A stretch of DNA of 21,752 bases from Candidatus Methylomirabilota bacterium (GTDB taxonomy: Bacteria; Methylomirabilota; Methylomirabilia; Rokubacteriales; CSP1-6), in NCBI GenBank assembly GCA_046726415.1, contig JBKPAK010000202.1, positions 1 through 21,752 of the forward strand, given 5' to 3'. The first letter of the stretch is position 1; each line of letters starts with the position of its first letter. The notes beneath the pieces were generated by a model that saw only the letters and a program-made list of their open reading frames with translations, made no database searches and had not been told where the DNA came from. This document shows, piece after piece, positions 16,353-21,752 of this stretch. The position numbers and the translations under genes were made by a program.

Positions 16353-16382
16353 GCAGGAGCCTCCTCGGCGAGATTCCGCGCG

Positions 16383-16388
16383 AGTCTA
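16383..16388 (-). promoter_or_regulatory. Putative -10 (TAGACT) for the transporter operon
   Basis: TAnnnT hexamer about 30 nt upstream of ATG 16352 and ahead of the SD. No clear -35. Confidence 0.4.
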
Positions 16389-16444
16389 CGGCCAAGCGAG
16401 GGGCGCCGCAACCTGGCGCTCTGCGATCGATGAGGCCGCGATGG

Positions 16445-17398
16445 TCAGCCGGACGCCCTGCGCCAGAGCGCCAGGCACGCGGCTCCGTCGCGCTGTCCAA
16501 GATCGAGAGCGCGACCGAGGCGTTCCGCATCGAAGTCGAGCGGCCGCAGCCCGAGTGGGGTCGAGGGGGCGAGGAGCTGGATCTCCGCATCGGGATGTTT
16601 GAGCCTCGCCAGCTCGGTGTCGCGACGGATCTGGTGAACCATCGTCGTCTCGAACGCTTCCTCCAGGTTCCGGCGCAGTGTGCTCGGCGGTTCACCGCTC
16701 TCGTCCGCCGCGTAGCTCACCAGGACGAGGACTCGCTTCAGCGGCACTCCGCTGGCCAGCGCCTCCAGGATCGGCGCGCGGCCGACCAGTCCCCCGTCCA
16801 CCAGGAGGTCGCCGTCCACCGACACCGGGGGAAACGCCCCCGGCACGGCGGTCGCCGCCATCAGGGCGTCGACCGAGATGGCGCGGTTGTCGAACACCCG
16901 TGTCCGCCGCCGCGTGAGATCGGTGGTGACGATCAGCACGGACAGCGGCGAGGCGCGCACGCGCTCCAGATCCAGGGTGTTGGCGATGAGATCGCGCAGC
17001 GGTCGCGGATCGAGCAGCGATCCGACCTGGTTCAGCGTGAACAGGGTGAGCCAGCCCGGAAGGAGCCCGGCGAAGAACACGGACGGGCGGAGGCTGAACA
17101 CCTGTTCCTTGGTGAGCGCCCGCCAGATGCTTTCCATGCGGTCGAGTCGGCCGTCGGCGAGCATGACGGCGGTGAGGGCTCCAGCCGACGAGCCGGCCGC
17201 GAGGCGCGGAAGGAGCCCGCCGCGGAGGAGAGCGCTGGCCACGCCCGCCTCCCACGCGCCCTTGGCACCGCCTCCGGACAGGACCAGCCCCGTCGGCGCG
17301 TCCAGCGGAAGCGCGCTCGGCGCACACTGGGCCACGGCGCGCGCCGAAATCACCAGAAGCAGGATCGCCGCGACGGCGAGGGCTCGGAGTGTTTCCAC
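16445..17398 (-). CDS. Patatin-like phospholipase with predicted signal peptide
   Basis: Oxyanion motif SGGGAKG, nucleophile GSSAG, catalytic DGG. GTG 17398 is followed by the hydrophobic segment LRALAVAAILLLVISARAVA. Confidence 0.9.
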   Translation of the reverse strand: METLRALAVAAILLLVISARAVAQCAPSALPLDAPTGLVLSGGGAKGAWEAGVASALLRGGLLPRLAAGSSAGALTAVMLADGRLDRMESIWRALTKEQVFSLRPSVFFAGLLPGWLTLFTLNQVGSLLDPRPLRDLIANTLDLERVRASPLSVLIVTTDLTRRRTRVFDNRAISVDALMAATAVPGAFPPVSVDGDLLVDGGLVGRAPILEALASGVPLKRVLVLVSYAADESGEPPSTLRRNLEEAFETTMVHQIRRDTELARLKHPDAEIQLLAPSTPLGLRPLDFDAERLGRALDLGQRDGAACLALWRRASG

Positions 17399-17435
17399 GC
17401 AGCGCCCTTCGAGCGCGAGGGGGCCTCGGATTACG

Positions 17436-19607
17436 TCACTTCCCTCGCCGGGCCAGATACTCCGGCCCCGCCAGCACCTCGCGGGGCTTGGCGCCATCGC
17501 CGGGGCCGATGATGCGGTCTTGCTCCATCATGTCGATGAACCGCGCGGCCTTGGGATAGCCCAGCCGGAGCCGCCGCTGCAGGAACGAGATCGATGCCTG
17601 CCGCTGACCGATGACGAGATGGACGGCATCCCAGTACACGTCGTCGCGGTCGGCCGCCTCGCCCTCCGCCACCTCCTCCTCCGTGGCCAGCACGACCTCC
17701 TCGTACACCGCCGTGCCCTGCGTGCGGAGGAACTCGCAAACAGCCTTGACCTCCTCGTCGGACAGCCAGGCTCCGTGCACGCGCATCTGCTTGGCGGCTC
17801 CCGGCGGCACGAAGATCATGTCGCCGCGGCCGAGAAGCTGTTCGGCTCCGTTGCCGTCGAGCACGGTGCGCGAGTCGACCTTCGAGGCCACCTGGAAGGC
17901 AATGCGGGTTGGAAAGTTGGCCTTGATGAGGCCGGTGACCACGTCCACCGAGGGGCGCTGGGTGGCGATGATCAAATGGATGCCCACGGCCCGGGCAATC
18001 TGGGCGAGCCGCACGAGTGATGTCTGCACCTCGCCGGCGGAGACCATCATCAGGTCGGCGAGCTCGTCGACCACCACCACCCAGTAGGGCAGCCGCTCCT
18101 CGGCGGCGACCTCCTTGTTGTAGCCCTCGATGTTGCGCGCCTGCTTGGCCTGCAGGAGCTTGTAGCGCTCGTCCATCTTGCCCACGATCCAGCGCAGTCG
18201 GGCCGCGGCCTCCCTGGCGTCGGTCACCACGGGGGCCAGCAGGTGCGGAATCCCCTCGTAGATCGACAACTCGAGGCGCTTGGGGTCGATCATCAGGAAG
18301 CGCACATCGGCGGGCGTCGCCTTGTAGAGCACCGAGCAGATCATGGCGTTGAGTCCGACGGACTTTCCGCTTCCCGTGGCGCCGGCCACGAGCAGGTGCG
18401 GCATGGTGGTGAGGTCGGACACCACCGCGGCTCCCGTCACGTCCTTGCCCAGAGCCAGGGGCAGCTTGCCCTTCGACTCCGCGAATTCCGCCGACATGAA
18501 GATCTCGCGCAAGTACACGGTCGCGGGCTCGCCGTTGGGGACTTCGACCGCGATGGTGCCTCGCCCAGGAATTGGCCCCACGATGCGCACCGAGGCCGAC
18601 TTCAGGGCGAGGGCGAGGTCGTCGGCGCGGTTGACCACCTGGCTCACCTTCACGCCCGGCGCCGGCTCGAACTCGTACGACGTGATGATCGGGCCGGGAC
18701 TCACCTGGACGATGCGCCCCTCGACCTCGAAGTCCTGGAGCTTGCGGCGCAGGGTCTCCGCATTGTCTTGAAGTTCCTCGCGCGAGCGCTTCAGCTCGGA
18801 GGCGGCGGGGATCTTCAGGAGTCCGACCGGGGGAAGCTGGAATGACTCGGCGCCACCCTTGCCGAAGTCGAACGTCTCCTGCCAGGCGAGCCCCTTCTCC
18901 ATGAGACCGCCCCGCGGACGCGAGGGCTCCACGACCACTGGCAGCGCAGCGGGCTCCTCCGAGGTGGGGGCGGGCAGCGCCAGGGCCGCGCCATTCGGCT
19001 CGAGCAGCGCCCGCGTCACCACCGGGGTGGCCGTCTTCGTCCGCTGCCGGCGCGCGCGTGCCAACCGCGCGCTGAGCGCGCGACGGAGGGCGGCGTAGGA
19101 CACTTGCGTGACGAGGAGCACGCCGGTGGGCACTCCGGCCACCAGCACCAGCCAGGCTCCAGCCGTACCGACCGCGGAGCGCAGGGCGTATGTGACACTC
19201 CAGCCCACCAGCCCGCCTTGGTCCGCCGCGTTGCCCGGCGAGGCGAGCGACAGGAGCCCGGTGGCCGTCACGAGGAGCACGGCGAGGCCGAGCAGGGGCA
19301 GCTTGCCCCGCACGACGGACGGGCGCAGGAACGAACCGGCGCCCCAAACGCCCAGGAGGGTCGGGAAGAGAAAGCTCGCGTACCCGAAGCCCCGGAAGAG
19401 CACCCAGGCCAGCCAAATACCCACGGGACCGGCAAGCCCCTCCTGCGAGCCCGGCGCTTGAGTCGGGTCAAACGCGGCGAGCGCCACCACGCCGAAGCCA
19501 CCCCCAACCAGTGCCGCGATTCCCTGGACCTCGCGCACCCAGCGGCGGTGCTCCGACTTCTTGCGCGCGCGTCGGGGCTTGTCGTCGGAGGAGGCGGTCG
19601 CCGACAT
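17436..19607 (-). CDS. ftsK: DNA translocase FtsK/SpoIIIE
   Basis: N-terminal 4TM region, Walker A GATGSGKS, VVVDELAD, ATQRPSVD, gamma domain SISFLQRRLRLGYPKAARFID. Start is ATG 19607 or GTG 19652. Confidence 0.97.
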   Translation of the reverse strand: MSATASSDDKPRRARKKSEHRRWVREVQGIAALVGGGFGVVALAAFDPTQAPGSQEGLAGPVGIWLAWVLFRGFGYASFLFPTLLGVWGAGSFLRPSVVRGKLPLLGLAVLLVTATGLLSLASPGNAADQGGLVGWSVTYALRSAVGTAGAWLVLVAGVPTGVLLVTQVSYAALRRALSARLARARRQRTKTATPVVTRALLEPNGAALALPAPTSEEPAALPVVVEPSRPRGGLMEKGLAWQETFDFGKGGAESFQLPPVGLLKIPAASELKRSREELQDNAETLRRKLQDFEVEGRIVQVSPGPIITSYEFEPAPGVKVSQVVNRADDLALALKSASVRIVGPIPGRGTIAVEVPNGEPATVYLREIFMSAEFAESKGKLPLALGKDVTGAAVVSDLTTMPHLLVAGATGSGKSVGLNAMICSVLYKATPADVRFLMIDPKRLELSIYEGIPHLLAPVVTDAREAAARLRWIVGKMDERYKLLQAKQARNIEGYNKEVAAEERLPYWVVVVDELADLMMVSAGEVQTSLVRLAQIARAVGIHLIIATQRPSVDVVTGLIKANFPTRIAFQVASKVDSRTVLDGNGAEQLLGRGDMIFVPPGAAKQMRVHGAWLSDEEVKAVCEFLRTQGTAVYEEVVLATEEEVAEGEAADRDDVYWDAVHLVIGQRQASISFLQRRLRLGYPKAARFIDMMEQDRIIGPGDGAKPREVLAGPEYLARRGK

Positions 19608-19648
19608 CAGATCTCTACCGTGATCGGTCGCACCGCGGACATCACAGC

Positions 19649-21301
19649 TCACACCTCCAGGATGATGGGCAGCACGACGGGCTTGCGCTGAAAGCGCTGG
19701 TTGATGAACTGGCGGACGGCGGTCCGCACGAGTGCGCTCATGATCTCGCGGTCGAAGGGCGCGCTCATGTCCCGCTCGCCGAGAGCCTTGGCGACGGCCG
19801 CCCTCAACTCGTCGAGCAGCGCCTCGTTCTCCTTGACGTACACGACGCCGCGCGAGGCGATCTCCGGCCCCGCCACGACCGCGCCGTCGCGGTCGATGGC
19901 GATCGAGACGGCGACGAGTCCCTCGTTGGCGAGAATCTGGCGGTCGCGGAGCACGACGGCGCCGATGTCGCCGATCCCCTTGCCGTCAACCAGCACGCGC
20001 CCGGCCGGGAAGCGACCGATCACCCGGGCCTCCCTCGAGGTGACCTCCAGGCCCATGCCGTCCTCGAACACGAAGATCCGGTCGGAGGGTATGCCGACGC
20101 TCGCGGCCAGCCGGGCGTGCCCGAGCAGGTGGCGGTACTCCCCATGCACGGGGAGCACGTAGCGGGGCCGCGTCAGGTTCAGCATCAGCTTCAGGTCTTC
20201 CTGGCTGGCGTGGCCGGAGACGTGGACAAAGGCATTGTCCTCGTACAGGACGTCGGCCCCCTGGCGGTAGAGCCCGTTGATGACGCGCCCGACCGTCCGC
20301 TCGTTGCCTGGGATGACCCGCGAGGAGAGGATGGCGAGGTCGCCCGACTCGATCTGGGCATACTTGTGCTCTCCCGCCGCCATGAGGGCGAGGGCCGAGT
20401 TCGGCTCGCCTTGACTACCCGTGGAGAGAACGACCTGACGGTGCGCCGGCAACCGGGACAGCTCGTCGAGCGGCAGGAGCACTCCCTCGGGGACATGGAG
20501 ATAGCCGAGCTCGGCGGCGAGGGCGACGTTCTTCTGCATGCTCATCCCGAGCAGGGCCACCTGACGTTCGAAGCGTGCGGCGAGTCCCAGCACGTGCTGG
20601 ATGCGGTGGATGTGAGAGGCAAAGGTGGCCACGATGATCCGCCCGCGGGCGCGCTCGAACCGCTGGGCGAGCGCCTCACCCACCTCGCTCTCGGAACGCG
20701 TGTGCCCCGGCCGGTCCGCGTTGGTCGAGTCCGAGCAGAGGACCAGCACGCCTCGATCGCCCAGTTCGGCGAACATTCGGTAGTCAGGCGGTTCGTCATC
20801 GAGCGGCGATGGATCGAGCTTGAAGTCTCCCGTGTGGACGACGATGCCAGCCGGAGTCTCGATGGCGAGGCCGATGCCGTCGACGATGGAGTGCGTCACC
20901 CGGATGGCGTGCACCGAGAAGGGGCCCACGGCGACGCGGTCTCGAGGCCGCAGCAATCGCAAATCGGCCTCGAGCATCCCGTGCTCACGGAGTCGATCGG
21001 CCGCGAGGGCCAGGGTCATGGCCGTCCCGTACACCGGCATCCGGGCGTCGCGCAGCAGATACGGAAGCGCTCCGATGTGGTCCTCATGGCCGTGCGTGAG
21101 GAACACGGCTCGGAATCCGTCGCGCTTGGCGAGCGCATAGGAGAAGTCCGGGATGACATAGTCGATCCCGGGCAGCTCGTCATCCGGAAACATCAATCCG
21201 CAATCGATGGCAATGAGGTCATCGCCGGACTCGACGAGCATCATGTTCAGGCCGATCTCGCCCAATCCGCCCAGAGGGATGAGCCGGACTGCGGGGTTCA
21301 C
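19649..21301 (-). CDS. rnj: Ribonuclease J
   Basis: IPLGGLGEIGLNM, THGHEDHIG, HTGDFK, STGSQGEP, HVSGHA, PVHGE. SD AAGGGAG precedes GTG 21301. Confidence 0.96.
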   Translation of the reverse strand: MNPAVRLIPLGGLGEIGLNMMLVESGDDLIAIDCGLMFPDDELPGIDYVIPDFSYALAKRDGFRAVFLTHGHEDHIGALPYLLRDARMPVYGTAMTLALAADRLREHGMLEADLRLLRPRDRVAVGPFSVHAIRVTHSIVDGIGLAIETPAGIVVHTGDFKLDPSPLDDEPPDYRMFAELGDRGVLVLCSDSTNADRPGHTRSESEVGEALAQRFERARGRIIVATFASHIHRIQHVLGLAARFERQVALLGMSMQKNVALAAELGYLHVPEGVLLPLDELSRLPAHRQVVLSTGSQGEPNSALALMAAGEHKYAQIESGDLAILSSRVIPGNERTVGRVINGLYRQGADVLYEDNAFVHVSGHASQEDLKLMLNLTRPRYVLPVHGEYRHLLGHARLAASVGIPSDRIFVFEDGMGLEVTSREARVIGRFPAGRVLVDGKGIGDIGAVVLRDRQILANEGLVAVSIAIDRDGAVVAGPEIASRGVVYVKENEALLDELRAAVAKALGERDMSAPFDREIMSALVRTAVRQFINQRFQRKPVVLPIILEV

Positions 21302-21328
21302 AGGACTCCCTTTCGGTCTCCGGTCGCC

Positions 21329-21337
21329 ATCGTAGCA
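21329..21337 (-). promoter_or_regulatory. Extended -10 promoter (TGcTACGAT) of rnj
   Basis: TGn-TAnnAT on the minus strand, 27 nt upstream of the GTG. Confidence 0.55.
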
Positions 21338-21448
21338 CCCGGTCGGCGCCCCTCCGAAGTTTCGGAAGGCGCTCGGAAAGGGTAGGGACGAGCAGGACGA
21401 GGCGTCCGGCATCTGCGCGAAACTGGCGCCATTTTCGGGGTGCATCGG

Positions 21449-21464
21449 TGGCACAGAAGGTGCT
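21449..21464 (+). promoter_or_regulatory. Sigma-54 (-24/-12) promoter
   Basis: TGGCACAGAAGGTGCT has exact GG-N10-GC spacing and is close to TGGCACG-N4-TTGCW. It lies about 90 nt upstream of ATG 21553. Confidence 0.7.
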
Positions 21465-21552
21465 ATATGGAAACTACTTCCCGCGGTCTCACAAAACATG
21501 ATAGGGGTCTTGAGGAGCGTCGATCCAGGATCACGCACAAAAAGGGGGCTGC

Positions 21553-21752
21553 ATGCGAACTCGTTACGTGTCTCTCGCCCTGGTCACCCTGGTCGCGGTC
21601 ACGATGGTCGCGGCGGGCTGCGCCAAGCGCCCGACGGTGGCCCAAGCTTCGGCACCGCCACCCGTTGTCGTCGCGCCGCCACCGCCGCCTGCCCCACCGC
21701 CGCCCCCACCGCCGCCGCCGCCCCCGCCACCACCTGTCGTGCAGGCGCCACC
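21553..21752 (+). CDS. Proline-rich lipoprotein, possibly Pal/OmpA family; 3'-truncated by the window
   Basis: Not in the ORF track. SD-like AAGGGGG, then MRTRYVSLALVTLVAVTMVAAG-CAKRPTVAQASAPPP..., with a lipobox and poly-Pro linker. The frame is open to the window end. The family call is inference. Confidence 0.75.
   Translation, partial: MRTRYVSLALVTLVAVTMVAAGCAKRPTVAQASAPPPVVVAPPPPPAPPPPPPPPPPPPPPVVQAP
21655..21735 (+). repeat. CCN low-complexity tract encoding polyproline
   Basis: Encodes PPPVVVAPPPPPA followed by 14 consecutive Pro codons with mixed third positions. Confidence 0.85.

Noticed and set aside
17431..19416. 661-aa alternative-frame ORF inside ftsK, and similar ones inside rimO and alaS
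   Set aside because: Arg/Gly/Pro/Ala-rich off-frame translations typical of stop-poor GC-rich DNA.
499..21385. Long plus-strand ORFs (499-2094, 2095-4299, 7753-9060, 14598-16316, 19511-21385 and others)
   Set aside because: They are antisense shadows of well-supported minus-strand genes, expected with high GC3 codon bias, and show no recognisable motifs.
5563..21387. KOPS-like GGGNAGGG octamers near ftsK
   Set aside because: By eye there are about three on each strand, so no polarity is evident. This is compatible with chance at this GC content.
1..21752. CRISPR array, tRNA/rRNA genes, transposase, integrase or defence genes
   Set aside because: No spaced direct repeats or RNA-gene signatures were seen, and all intergenic gaps are short and otherwise accounted for.

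Overview
A very GC-rich bacterial chromosomal segment, almost entirely on the minus strand. The backbone is a conserved housekeeping cluster, in transcription order rnj - ftsK - [inserted block] - lolA - yajQ - rimO - pgpA - cinA - thpR - recA - recX - GNAT - alaS - MBL-fold lipoprotein. The 3' end of a convergent DHA2-type MFS gene is at the left edge, and the 5' end of a divergent Pro-rich lipoprotein gene is at the right edge. LolA implies a diderm. The style and gene order are reminiscent of Rokubacteria/Methylomirabilota or deltaproteobacteria-like lineages, but this is inference only. Points worth a second look: (1) a ~5.8 kb block splits ftsK from lolA and carries a secreted patatin, an orphan family-5 SBP and an ATPase-less CUT1 transporter, bounded by a ~120 bp MITE-like element; (2) recX has an in-frame TGA and no canonical start ahead of its conserved N-terminus; (3) thpR probably starts at an ATA coupled to the cinA stop; (4) the CinA N-terminal domain looks degenerate; (5) RimO carries an Arg-rich insertion in its TRAM domain; (6) a sigma-54 promoter with a candidate enhancer palindrome is shared with the rnj promoter; (7) lolA and alaS have leaderless-type promoters. 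I see no CRISPR array, tRNA, rRNA, transposase or clear defence system. All calls come from motif recognition by eye, with no database searches.
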